From Perna viridis (lineage: Eukaryota): a stretch of DNA of 64,000 bases. Location: the NCBI GenBank assembly GCA_037379345.1, contig CM074511.1, forward strand, positions 18,414,001-18,478,000, read 5' to 3'. The translations under genes and the position numbers were made by a program. Shown here piece by piece: positions 54,801-64,000 of the stretch. Below the pieces are notes generated by a model. It saw nothing but the letters and a program-made list of their open reading frames with translations, was not told the DNA's origin and ran no database searches. Positions within the stretch are counted from its first letter, which is position 1, and each line of letters begins with the position of its first letter.

Positions 54801-57800
54801 TCCTTAGTTTCCTATTTTTTTCTAGTTGTGGGAGTGTAAGCACCATTTTGAAATGCTCAAAACATCACACAATAAACAGTGTAACATGAAGTTTATTTTA
54901 TTTTCATCAACAATGTTTTTTATAAAGATTTTGTGTTTTTTTTTTCAGTCTTATCATTTTTCAGTTAATTAGACAATTTGATCACTCATGGTTATTTCCC
55001 TTCCCTCTACATTACTCAGTCATCTGTTGTGTTTTCAGGCTCTCCATTCAATGTCAAGGTATCCAATGAAGTCAACCCTAACAAAGTTCGTTGTTATGGA
55101 CCAGGATTGGATAAGACCAAAGGTGTTCCATCTGACACACCAGCCACATTCACTGTCAACACTGCCGAGGCTGGAGAAGCTCCTTTGGAAGTCAGCTATA
55201 TTGATTCTACAGGTATTGGTGAAAGTTTGTTTATCCATTTACCTACTTGAATAGTTAGAATAATAAAAACTATATTAATCACAAATATGTTTTTTTTTTC
55301 ATTTTGTATGTCTGTTTCCTATATAGATTTAATGAGAAGTTCTTAAAAAAAAACTTATGTAAAATCTTGTATAATTACTGTGTTAGCTTTTTGAAATTCT
55401 ATTAGAACTAATTGCTGATTGTAAATCTATCTCTTAGGCAAAGCCAATCCAGTTGATTTAATTCCTGTTGCTGAGGGTGAAATCCAAGCTACATACTATC
55501 CCAAGGATGAAGGCAAAGCTAAAGTTGATGTTAAATATGCTGGACAGAATGTTCCTGGCAGGTAGGGAATTAAAAATGTGTAATTTGGTAGGGACATTTT
55601 GAAGTGGGTAAAGTGTCAAATCTCTCATTAAACTGAAAGTGATGAATTTGCTTCTTCTCTCAAATTGGTCATGATGGCCCTAAGAACTTGGACGATGTGT
55701 ACTCATGATTAGATTACATGTACTAAATAGAGTTAAGATAATTTTCTGATCTAGACCTGGCCCATTCAGCTGATTTAATCATTTATACATTGTTTTCTCT
55801 TAATTTAAGCAACTGAAAATTTATGTATGTGATAAATTTTAGTTTATCATAGTTTTATGTGATAGGAAATTATATTGTAAATTTTGAAGCAAAAAATTAT
55901 AAATGCGTGTTTTTTATTTCAGTCCATTCCCAGTGGAAGTTTTCCCAGGTGTAGATGCCAGCAAGGTGCTAGTTTCTGGTCCAGGTGTTGGCAAGAATGT
56001 GTACGCCAGTATGCCTGCTACTTTTACCATTGATACACGTAATGCTGGAAATGCTCCTCTTGATGTTGTTGTACAGGTAAGACAAACTTGCTGAACAAAT
56101 GTTAGTTTAGTTTTCTTGTCTGTCTGGCTGTCTTTCCCTATTGATACCTGTAATGCTGAAAGTCCTCCTGTTGATGTTGTACCGATAAGCCAGGCCTTCT
56201 GTGTAGAAGTTTTCTGTCCGTTTGTACATAGGACTGTTAATCATTGATACCTGTAGTGCTGGAAATGTTTTCTTTATGTTTCATACTGGTAGAAGTATTT
56301 TTTAGTTTTCTGTTTGTCTGTCTGTTTGTCAGCTCATGATTAATAATGATAAATGCTCCTCTTGATGTTTTGTACTGATGCAAGTTTTTCTGTAGTATTC
56401 TTCAGTACAGAAAGATATTTCACCTTCTTCTCATAAGGATAACAGAAATTGTTGCTTTATAGGCTGCATTTTTGATAATATGGACTGAGTGTCAGCTACA
56501 TCCTATATATGTAGAATGTAAGGCCAGAACTATAAATGGCTAAAATATTCTGACATAAGTGACAAAAATTGTCAACATGGAAGTGGATGATTGCGCAAGA
56601 GCGGAGGCACTGTTTTGTCTGAAATAAGACATTGAGCTCCATTCATCATAGACATAGCTTAATATCATATTAAATGTTTCAAGATTTATGAAAGGGAGTT
56701 GGGATACTTTTCATGTTAAACAAGGTGCAATAAGAACTGAATGAATTGTTTTCATTATCTTTGTTAATGGTATATAAACTTCAAAGGAGATTAAATATGA
56801 TCTGGAGCTGATAAATTCATGATCAGTTTCAAACACTTTAGCTGACATTATAATTACTGGTTTCTTCTTAATGAATTGATCTTTGGCCAATAACTTTGAA
56901 TGATATATTAGTGTATTGTATTACTGATTCTTACTTTTCATCTGTCAGTTGTGTATTGTTTATTGCCACTATGATAGGTGTTAACCTGTTCAAGTTTTGT
57001 TTTATCATTCGGCATCAATTTTTTTTTCTTATGCAAACAAATACAGTTTTTTTTTATACATTTATCTATCTTTTCCTGTTAACGAGTCTTGTATCATGGA
57101 AGTGTTGAAAGAAAAAGATTTGAACAGTCTCAATATTTGTTTTGCAATAAGTGTGAAATGTACTTTCCGTGTTTATAACTTTATGATGATGTACAATGTC
57201 TTAGGAATGAAATACTACATTTGTTGTAACTTCTATATTATAAAATCAGTTGCTTTTGATAACTTTCTCACAAATAAATAAACCTGAATGTGAAAGTTGA
57301 AGCAATGAAATGAAAAAGATTGCCGATTACATCCATAATATGGTAAGATTTTAAATGTATTTCTCTTAGAATTTAAAAAAAATTGGAGTTTACATTTCTT
57401 CTGGAATACTATAAACTGATTTATTTTTGCTGATATTTTTTGTGATTTAGGATGTCAATCCATTTCTGTGGCCATTTTGTGACTGTCATTGATGTATTAT
57501 GAAACATACTTTTTCATTTTGATTTATTTTTGCACTTTTTTGTTGCACATGAAATTATTGAGAATTAATTGTTTGTGAAAATTACTTAAATGTATATAGG
57601 CTATTAATAGATGTTCAATTTCCAACTTTCCTTGCTTGTTTTCAGAGACCCGATGGTTCCTTCATCAAACCACTAGTACAGGACAATGGGGATGGAACAT
57701 ACACTGTACAGTATGTACCTGATGATTTGGGTACATACGTACTCCGAGTCAAGTTTGCTGGCAAAGAGGTACCTAACTCACCATTCAAGGTCACTTCTCA

Positions 57801-58654
57801 CCCAACTGGTGATGCTAGCAAGTGTGTTATTACAGGTAAGTATCCTAGTAACAACTCATATTCTAAAGTTACCAAATGAATTGTAGTGCTAGTTTTTATA
57901 TGTAAGGTAGCTTTGACTTGCTGCAAAAAAAAATCTGAGCAATGTGCCGTTTTTCACTTTGCACCTAATGGTAAAGTTTTTAAACTTAAATTTTGATAGT
58001 CCCGCTGGAGGAGGTAGACACTAGGGTAAAGGACATAAGTCTTGTAATCAGTGATATGTTTGTATCATATTCAGTTCCACCAAAAGCCTTTCAAGCTGTC
58101 ATTTAGAAATAGAATAGAAGGAAATCAGTTCAAGTTACATGATAGTAATCTGATATTGATGTAAAATGCTGAAAACAAACATTCCAATGATTTGTAAGAG
58201 TTGTGTCCCTTACCCTAGATCTACCTCCTTAAACCAGTTGAAATAATTAAATACAATCAGCACAGTTGTATCTTGAATTTATGAATTTCATTAAACCATT
58301 TGAGGCACTTGCTTTCATCTTTTTATATAATTTGAAATTGATCAATTATGAATATACAAAAAATGTATTAAAAATTACTCAGAAAACAATTACTTCATTT
58401 TCACAGAGGGTCTTGAGAACAAAACAGTACAAGTGAACAAGGAGACTGTTATATGTGTTGATGCCTCACAAGCTGGAGATGGTAAAGTTACCTGCCGTAT
58501 TCGTAGTCCACAGGGTAGTGACATTGATATTGACATTGTTGAGAATGCTGATGGTACATTCAGTCTCTTGTTCACCCCACAGATTGAGGGAGCTTACACA
58601 ATCAGTATTAAATTTGGTGGTCAGACCGTCCCAGGAGGAGAATATGATATACAG
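18479..58654 (+). CDS. FLNA: Filamin (FLNA/B/C co-ortholog, cheerio-like): spliced CDS, 24 exons and 1910 aa within the window, 3' part outside
   Basis: N-terminal CH1/CH2 motifs ([41 protein letters not shown]), then filamin Ig repeats (GPGL…SPF). All introns are GT-AG with matching phases. The symbol marks the family, not one-to-one orthology. Confidence 0.97.
31245..31520. mobile_element. Palindromic fold-back non-autonomous element (two adjacent inverted-repeat modules)
   Basis: attgcataagattttccacattggct pairs with agcgaatatggaaaaccttacgcaat (22/26 inverted match). A second pair, attgactgac...ttcaata and tattggaacgttagtcaat, encloses ccaata/tattgg arrays. Confidence 0.6.
34267..34518 (+). 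CDS. FLNA: Filamin coding exon 2 (end of CH1, CH2)
   Basis: tttcag| [29 protein letters not shown]...ALVDAVGP |gtaaga; 252 nt, phase 1-1. Confidence 0.95.
34473..34662 (+). repeat. 65-bp tandem triplication spanning the exon 2 donor site
   Basis: Units start at 34473, 34538 and 34603. Copy 2 keeps cag|gtaaga; copy 3 has ccagatag instead. Confidence 0.93.
34801..35000. repeat. Intronic minisatellite, about 49-bp unit, 4 copies
   Basis: gggtccatcaaatgattgattctttgaaataagttaggattgaaaaaaa repeated four times with variation. Confidence 0.9.
35704..35801 (+). CDS. FLNA: Filamin coding exon 3 (CH2)
   Basis: attcag| [33 protein letters not shown] |gtacaa; 98 nt, phase 1-0. Confidence 0.93.
35783..36167 (+). 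repeat. 7-copy minisatellite (51-61 bp) built from the exon 3 end and donor site
   Basis: atggctagatattccacag|gtacaa..cattgtatc..catacccccaatatctc at 35783, 35844, 35900, 35952, 36003, 36059 and 36111. Confidence 0.95.
37416..37682 (+). CDS. FLNA: Filamin coding exon 4 (end of CH2, Ig repeat 1)
   Basis: tgtag| [24 protein letters not shown]...NPKGVAEQ |gtaata; 267 nt, phase 0-0. Confidence 0.94.
39038..39115 (+). CDS. FLNA: Filamin coding exon 5 (Ig1)
   Basis: tttatag| [26 protein letters not shown] |gtattg; 78 nt. Not in the ORF track. Confidence 0.9.
39560..39722 (+). CDS. FLNA: Filamin coding exon 6 (Ig1/Ig2)
   Basis: atcag| [17 protein letters not shown]...TYFEVFTK |gtatgt; 163 nt, phase 0-1. 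Confidence 0.92.
40508..40534 (+). CDS. FLNA: Candidate 27-nt alternative microexon in Ig repeat 2
   Basis: ttaatag|ATTCTGGTGCACCAATTCCAAAGAAGG|gtgagt. Phase 1-1, open, adds SGAPIPKKD after TKN. Confidence 0.6.
41128..42038 (+). mobile_element. Degenerate Mytilus-type Helentron-associated element with internal tandem repeats
   Basis: Starts tttttatatgaccg...gtcatata...tgtcctcgttgtccg. Recurrent modules (acaataactt...aaattgta..acaagg...aaggttggattt...gattt...ggggccaaaa) follow. Ends gcgaagcattttagtt. Confidence 0.7.
42445..42657 (+). CDS. FLNA: Filamin coding exon 7 (Ig2)
   Basis: tttatag| (N)[15 protein letters not shown]...SPFGVGVGA |gtgagt; 213 nt, phase 1-1. Confidence 0.93.
42901..43038 (+). 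CDS. FLNA: Filamin coding exon 8 (Ig3)
   Basis: ttatag| [21 protein letters not shown]...QIFGP |gtaagt; 138 nt. Confidence 0.93.
43289..43552 (+). CDS. FLNA: Filamin coding exon 9 (Ig3/Ig4)
   Basis: ttttcaag| (AAG acceptor) GGQEIKC...TNGEVGAL |gtaaga; 264 nt. Confidence 0.9.
   Translation: MVRKSNVFHKNQKQKKVSGNACTSHLKSVSTLSMLHSEINISQRVLLRLMWVQQKPARLELMDQVFLKVSVTSLLGLLLRPTERSEL
43813..44264 (+). CDS. FLNA: Filamin coding exon 10 (Ig4/Ig5)
   Basis: ctttcag| [12 protein letters not shown]...IPKSPFK |gtaaat; 452 nt, phase 1-0. Confidence 0.95.
45383..45503 (+). CDS. FLNA: Filamin coding exon 11 (Ig6)
   Basis: attcag| [40 protein letters not shown] |gtaaaa; 121 nt, phase 0-1. Confidence 0.92.
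46066..46290 (+). CDS. FLNA: Filamin coding exon 12 (end of Ig6, start of the first repeat-8-like domain)
   Basis: ttccag| [12 protein letters not shown]...[13 protein letters not shown] c|gtaagt; 225 nt. Confidence 0.93.
46690..46974 (+). CDS. FLNA: Filamin duplicated Ig exon A
   Basis: cttag| [15 protein letters not shown]...[12 protein letters not shown] c|gtaagt; 285 nt, phase 1-1. Confidence 0.92.
47695..47979 (+). CDS. FLNA: Filamin duplicated Ig exon B
   Basis: ctcag| [15 protein letters not shown]...[12 protein letters not shown] c|gtaagt; 285 nt, phase 1-1. Confidence 0.92.
48267..48551 (+). CDS. FLNA: Filamin duplicated Ig exon C
   Basis: ttgtag| [15 protein letters not shown]...[12 protein letters not shown] c|gtaagt; 285 nt, phase 1-1. 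Confidence 0.92.
48650..48750. repeat. 49-bp tandem duplication (2 copies), intronic
   Basis: atgtcattggatgyctgttaytgttggtgatgaat..tctaacttatca present twice. Confidence 0.88.
49380..49673 (+). CDS. FLNA: Filamin duplicated Ig exon D
   Basis: taatag| [26 protein letters not shown]...GLDK c|gtaagt; 294 nt (includes a 9-nt GKP duplication), phase 1-1. Confidence 0.92.
50322..50903 (+). CDS. FLNA: Filamin exon carrying duplicated Ig copy E, a repeat-9-like domain and the start of a repeat-11-like domain
   Basis: tcatag| [15 protein letters not shown]...GPGVDKA g|gtaatg; 582 nt, phase 1-1. Confidence 0.93.
52749..52922 (+). CDS. FLNA: Filamin exon (repeat-11-like)
   Basis: ttttag| [34 protein letters not shown]...YTPVEE |gtaagt; 174 nt. 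Not in the ORF track. Confidence 0.92.
54315..54638 (+). CDS. FLNA: Filamin exon (repeat-11/12-like)
   Basis: acttag| [18 protein letters not shown]...FADQEIP |gtatgt; 324 nt. Confidence 0.94.
55039..55212 (+). CDS. FLNA: Filamin exon (repeat-13-like, N-terminal half)
   Basis: tttcag| [24 protein letters not shown]...YIDST |gtattg; 174 nt. Confidence 0.92.
55438..55561 (+). CDS. FLNA: Filamin exon (repeat-13-like, C-terminal half)
   Basis: tcttag| [41 protein letters not shown] ag|gtaggg; 124 nt, phase 1-2. Confidence 0.9.
55923..56076 (+). CDS. FLNA: Filamin exon (repeat-14-like, N-terminal half)
   Basis: tttcag| [16 protein letters not shown]...LDVVVQ |gtaaga; 154 nt, phase 2-0. Confidence 0.92.
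57646..57835 (+). CDS. FLNA: Filamin exon (repeat-14/15-like)
   Basis: tttcag| [27 protein letters not shown]...[10 protein letters not shown] |gtaagt; 190 nt, phase 0-1. Confidence 0.93.
58407..58654 (+). CDS. FLNA: Filamin exon (repeat-15-like, last before hinge 1)
   Basis: tcacag| [30 protein letters not shown]...GGEYDIQ |gtaggc; 248 nt, phase 1-0. Confidence 0.93.
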
Positions 58655-61277
58655 GTAGGCAAAACGTTTTGTTTCTGTTTGTTGTGAAGATATTATTTAG
58701 CCGGAGATAGTAAGTTTGTTATATAAATTTCTTGCTCAATGTGAAGAACCATGCAGACACTCAATTAAAGAGATCATGTGTCATGACTAAGAAATAATGA
58801 AAAGTACTTACTGGTCAAATTGGGAAACTTGATTATCTGCAAAAAAAGACAGTCCAGGAATTGTTTGCTACGAACATTAACGTTTTGTAAACTCACTGTG
58901 AATATAAAGATGGCAACATCACAAAACAACCTTGCATGATAAGCCATGCTCACAAACTCTATAAGATGTGGTACACTTTCTGATATATGTTATATATGTG
59001 TACACTTGTTTTAGACCACTGGTTACACTGCAGTAAGTCTTGTGTGGCCCTCGTATGATTCTTGTCATTACATTTACAAATTTACACCACACATGCAAAC
59101 TAAAATAGTGTGTAGCTTTCAATCATCTGTTCATCGGAGACAGTTATTAGTGTATCTGGTCTTGATTTCATAATATACTTTCAATCAATAAATTTTACCT
59201 TGCTGCACCAATTCAAATTTAACTTATTGTTATAATAGTGTGCAAAGTTATGGAGAGAAATTTAAAAGGAGATATGTTATGAAATCAGACCAGGTCCGTG
59301 AGAGCTATGATATATTGTAGTTTCAATGTTGTTGAGTATGTTCTGAGTTGCATGTTCTGCTATAGATTTAGGACATAAGTATGAAAACAAATCCTACATT
59401 TATTATATTATTTTACTGTTAGAAATCAGTAATTGATGACCTACTTGGATCTATTTGACAGCATGTTTGAATGTACATGTAAGCATGCTAGATAGGATTA
59501 ACTCTTCTATTTGCTTGATAAATAGGCATGAATAAATTGCATAAAACATTGAATCATCTAGTAAAATGACTTTGTAGTTATAATCTATTTATAATATTTT
59601 ATACAAGATTCAGTCCAATTATTTGCAGTTATTATTTTTAACAATTCCAAGCTTAAAAATGCTTTAGTTACTGTGATATTTTGAAGTTTAAAATTGATTT
59701 ATGAACAAATTCAGTTAAATGTGTAATAACTTTGAGGGTTTGGCAGTACCTATTTTTTTCTCTCTCTTGTTAGATTCTCATAACTTTTTACACTGACAAC
59801 AGTCTATATCAGCTGTCTAGATAGCATCAATCATAGTGAAGTTATGTATGTGTTAGCAAGAGAAAGTCATGCTGACTTTTGCTGACTTAAATATATACAT
59901 TTTTTTTTAAATAATTGAAAGATTATGTTCTTGTTTATTGACTTTGCAGAAGGGATGAGTCAAATTTAGGTGTAGAAAAATGACTAAATATGCATCAAGT
60001 TCTACAGTAATCCTTGTTATATATAGGTAATAGTGCAGGTTTTTGAGAAGGCATATTTAAATGTTGAACTTCAAGAAAATTGCTTTTAATTAAATTCTTG
60101 AACTCCAATGTCATTTTGCCAAAAATTAAGCTACTGGTAAACACATTAATTAATAACATGAAAATAATACGAAAATAACACTTAATGCAAGTATTATAGA
60201 AGCTAATTTGATTCCTTTTGGCTCTATCCTCTACCCTAATGAAGGCTGTAATGAGTTTCTATCATTTAAAACATGCAATGTGTACTTTAATGTGACTGAT
60301 TTTCATACTGGAGACCTTGGCCTTCTGAAATGGTTCTTTTTAAGTTTCCAACAGAAAAGTGGAAGAAATAATTATGTCAGAAACATTGTTATTAATCCTT
60401 TAAGCCAGATTCAATCTGTTCTTTTGAATTCAGAGCTTCCTTTTTTTTTTGGCACAGCTATTTTACATTTTTTTGCAGTTGCATATGACTTCTTAAATTT
60501 TAACATAAATACATCTTTGATAAGTTTTCAACAGTTTTGTTCTTTAAATCATTAAATATTGAAGGATTTAATGATTTTTAATGTACATAGCACCTATTTT
60601 TATTGCAAATGCATTTTCATTGGATGCTTCTTCTCTATTTAAAATGGCATAGGAATGCAATCCAGAAATTAAGACAAATATATCAGCTCATTGATTAAGT
60701 AAAGTTTGATACATTCCACTGCATGGAGGGAAAATATAATCTATGGCATGGTTTGATAAGTGGACTGGTCAGTAGGTCTGGCAGTACAAGAATGGATTCT
60801 TTCTATTCTAATGTTTTGTAGTCAATGTAGTTTGGTACATGATGCTATTGTACATGTATCTGCTATTTCCTTAAATCTGTTTCATGCAGTCTTATTGTAC
60901 TAGTATAAAGACAGAGTGCTTTTCCATTAAGTACAGCTTGCTTATTTGTAGAATTTGACTCCAACCTAGCCTGATATCTTTTTAAAAAAGTAAAAAAAAG
61001 GTATATGCTTTTAATTAGCTGATATAAGTACATTGCACATGATCTCTTCATGTAAATTTCCACATCGGTTTGACCAGACCATTCTTTAGTATCAATCAAC
61101 TATAAGTATCAATACTACCATTGTCTAGACATTATAAAATTGTTTGATCTTTTCTAACTACTGTATAATGCTTCTTAAGACACAAAGTATTAGCATGCAA
61201 GAGATACACCAGCTTATTTTAAACAGCTTTTACAAAGTGAAAACAAAATTATATTTATTTTTAATTTTACCCCAAAG

Positions 61278-61313
61278 GTGATAACGTACCCAGCGTGTGA
61301 TTGGAATGGGTCG
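61278..61313 (+). CDS. FLNA: Candidate 36-nt hinge-1 cassette exon of filamin
   Basis: ttttaccccaaag|GTGATAACGTACCCAGCGTGTGATTGGAATGGGTCG|gtaaga. Phase 0-0, VITYPACDWNGS; a GC/CpG-richer island within an AT-rich intron. Confidence 0.5.
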
Positions 61314-62769
61314 GTAAGATACATTTCCTATCTAAACCTCAATATGATATGCATGAACAATCTAAACTTTTTATTTGTAACCAACACCAGAAAGTTCAAG
61401 GTAAAGAGTCACTTTAGATTTTTTTTTTTAATTTCAATGCTTTATGCATGAATCAAATATTTTTCCATAGTCATTTACTTATACCAAAAGTAAAGATAAA
61501 ATACATGTATCAGAGTTATACCAGATGCATGATAATTTTAGATACTTAATCCTTTACTATATCAATCTTTCATTTATAGATATTTCAAAGATTCATTGGA
61601 CATGATATTGTTCTATTTCTACTAAGCATGTTACAAACATTTTATACTTAAAGTAAAAAACAGTAATATCTCCTATTCAGAATGAAGTTCAATTAATTAT
61701 AGGAAATTCTTAATGGGGAAATATGCCGCAAATTTGTTTAAAGTACATAAATTATAATGATGGCACTGATGGTTCTTGCAAAAAAAGAAAACAATAAATG
61801 TTTGTTGAAATGCAAATATCCCATTTTCATGCCAAGAAATTTTATTAGTCTTAAAATGTATTTTTAGACTTCTCAAGGATTTAAGCAGTTAGAGTGATAG
61901 ATACATATCAGTGATGCTCAAAAATGGTTAACCGAATTCTCTGACTAAGAATTCACTCCCATTACTTTACTTCTAGCCAATCAGGTTTTTGTTTTTAATG
62001 TAAAGAGGTATCTTGGGAAATTTAATGGGTTTCAGTGGTCAACCCAGTTGTCCATTCTACTCAATAAATGGTACATAATAAAAACTTTAAATCAACCTTT
62101 ATTATAACCCACAAAAAATATTTGAAAAAAATAGGGTGAATCATCTTTCTTAGCTTATAAGCAAATGAGATGGTTCTCTTGCAGTAGCCAAACAATAATA
62201 TGACTGCATATATATACCACAGACTTGATGGCTTGATAAAAGAGATAGTAAATTTGATGATTTTCTGTGAGAGCCAGATGCACAATAATAGATTGGCTGC
62301 CAAAATAGATGAACATTTAACTTTAAACTAGTTGTCAGTGGCCTGTCAGATTGATACTTTTTCAGTGAAAATTGAGGAGAACTGACAATAATACAGTGAA
62401 AATATTTTGTTTTTTTTTTATTATTTAAGTTTGGAGATACCACTTTCTTAGGTAAGAGATTATAAATGATTATTTAATTTTTGCCTTGGCCATCATTTTT
62501 ATTTTTGAATTCTTTTGTGATTTTGACAGTTGTTTTTAAGGATTTTTTTCAATTACGTTTTACCAATTCATTTTTAGTACTTGTTGACCAAATTCTTAGT
62601 ATTGAACTTATCGGTTTTGGAAATTTCACTGATTGGTATGTTAGGAAGTCATATCCCTTCAAAAGAATCCCCTTATCATTCATTGCTGTATTTTATTTCT
62701 TGTATTTATATATTGTTCAAGTATGTTGTTCTCAATACAGTCCAAAGAAGAGATACCCTACAAATAAAG

Positions 62770-62985
62770 TTTTGGGATTTATATAGGTATCTCCTTTTCT
62801 GTCTGTCTGTCTGTTTGTTACCTTGTAAGCCCAACTTCTTCCACTACTTTCATTGAAATTTTGATGAACCTTAACGTAGATGTTGGGTAGATCAATTTTA
62901 AAGATTTGCCTGGTATGGTTGTACCACACACACAGTTTTAGATAGATTGTGGACAGTAAGGCATTATAGCCATACCGTAATGATT
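62770..62985 (+). mobile_element. Possible eroded Helentron-associated fragment
   Basis: tatataggtatc...(ctgt)n microsatellite...cttgtaagcccaacttcttcc...attttgatgaacctt; same layout as the 5' part of the 8105 element. Confidence 0.35.
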
Positions 62986-63189
62986 AAATTTATTATTACA
63001 TGATCAATTCTGAGGTCATTAACTGGCCAATTTAGAAGAAGATTTCAATTTGATAGATATTGATATAAATTATAAATCTGCAGTTAACTTCTGAAGTTCA
63101 TTATATGATGGGTAGACCGACTATCCTCTGAACATCATTATTATATTCGCTATTACATGATGTCTTTGTACAGTTCTATCTGAACAAAG

Positions 63190-63443
63190 TATTGTTTGAA
63201 TTTGGAATTATTTTAGAATTAAGAGAATGACCAATAATAAATTTGTAAAACTAACCCTTACTAAGGGGTTTAGTCATGCAGGCATTGCTAAGTGGTAGGA
63301 TTTGTAGGAGAACAACAGTCAAAGAAACTTACTAACCCCCTTTGTCATTATGGCAAAACTAACTCCCTTAGTAGAGGTAGGTTTTATAATTATTTTTTTC
63401 ACTTATTTTCTTAAATTCAATATAATTCCAAATTCAAATAATA
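63190..63443. mobile_element. Fold-back MITE-like palindrome (about 250 bp)
   Basis: Outer arms tattgtttgaatttggaattatt... and ...tataattccaaattcaaataata; inner arms aaaactaacccttactaagggg and ctcccttagtagaggtaggtttt. Confidence 0.75.
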
Positions 63444-64000
63444 CAATGTACCTTGTTTCTGGGAAAGAAAGATATGTGTTATCATAACCTGCATCAGAAT
63501 TTATCAGTCAACATTAATATCAGTTATGTAATTACCAATGTGAGAAACCTCATACAAAGTGCAGTATGGCACTTTAAAAGCAACATAAATTTTAATTGAA
63601 AAACATTAAGAAGATATGAAAATGAGTAAATATGATAAATTATCTGTTATTAGTTCATTTTCAGAATATTAAAGTCTTTTACAAACTGTTAACTTTATTC
63701 ATTTTCCTGTATTATATTTAAGCTAGATGTATTCTGTTTGAATACATATTTGCAAGCTTGAGCCTTTTGATATGTTTGCCAAGTAACTATGTTATATGTA
63801 ATAAATTACTGTTTTTGATCAGTTTCAATTTGATCAGAATCACATTTGTCTAAAAACATGGAATCCAAAAAAAATTAACTATTATTTTCTTTTTGTCATA
63901 GCTCTTGTTTTAAGTCTTTTGAAACTATTAGTTGCGTAATTTCTAACCATTTGAACTGTTCGTGGTTTATTAATTAACTAATAAGCAGTCCATGATAGAT

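Noticed and set aside
58000-58025. Equivalent of the vertebrate FLNA 24-nt alternative exon in repeat 15
   Set aside because: The intron position matches (after KCVIT), but the AG...GT candidates here are 14 or 26 nt and would shift the frame.
18562-58575. Minus-strand and shifted-frame ORFs overlapping filamin exons (for example 18562, 34334, 46613, 47691, 54311)
   Set aside because: Shadow ORFs of coding exons, with no independent splice or homology support.
61391-61400. Second microexon cag|aaagttcaag|gtaaag
   Set aside because: 10 nt is not frame-preserving and the pyrimidine tract is weak; it cannot be supported without RNA data.

Overview
AT-rich eukaryotic (metazoan) genomic DNA. The repeat content (Nin/Deu-type and Meta-type SINE fragments, Helentron-like elements, abundant TACATGTA) points to a bivalve mollusc, probably Mytilus-like; this is my recognition, not a database result. 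Two intron-containing genes lie in tandem on the + strand. (1) The last two coding exons and a probable long 3' UTR of a coiled-coil, tail-anchored membrane protein, most likely SLMAP (1863-3003, polyA signals near 7730-7750). (2) The 5' part of a filamin gene: a probable promoter and non-coding exon near 14.4-14.66 kb, ATG at 18479, and 24 phase-consistent coding exons up to 58654 (5730 nt, 1910 aa). These encode the CH1-CH2 actin-binding domain and 17 rod-1 Ig repeats, and the gene continues past the window. Main observations: a tandem array of five near-identical Ig repeats, four of them on symmetric 285/294-nt exons, in introns rich in Rbfox motifs (TGCATG), which could tune rod length; four separate tandem amplifications of exon-end/5' splice-site junctions in the same gene; two candidate frame-preserving small exons (27 nt and 36 nt); and a SLMAP-filamin gene order that, as I recall, matches human SLMAP-FLNB. 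Most short ORFs in the supplied track are spurious.
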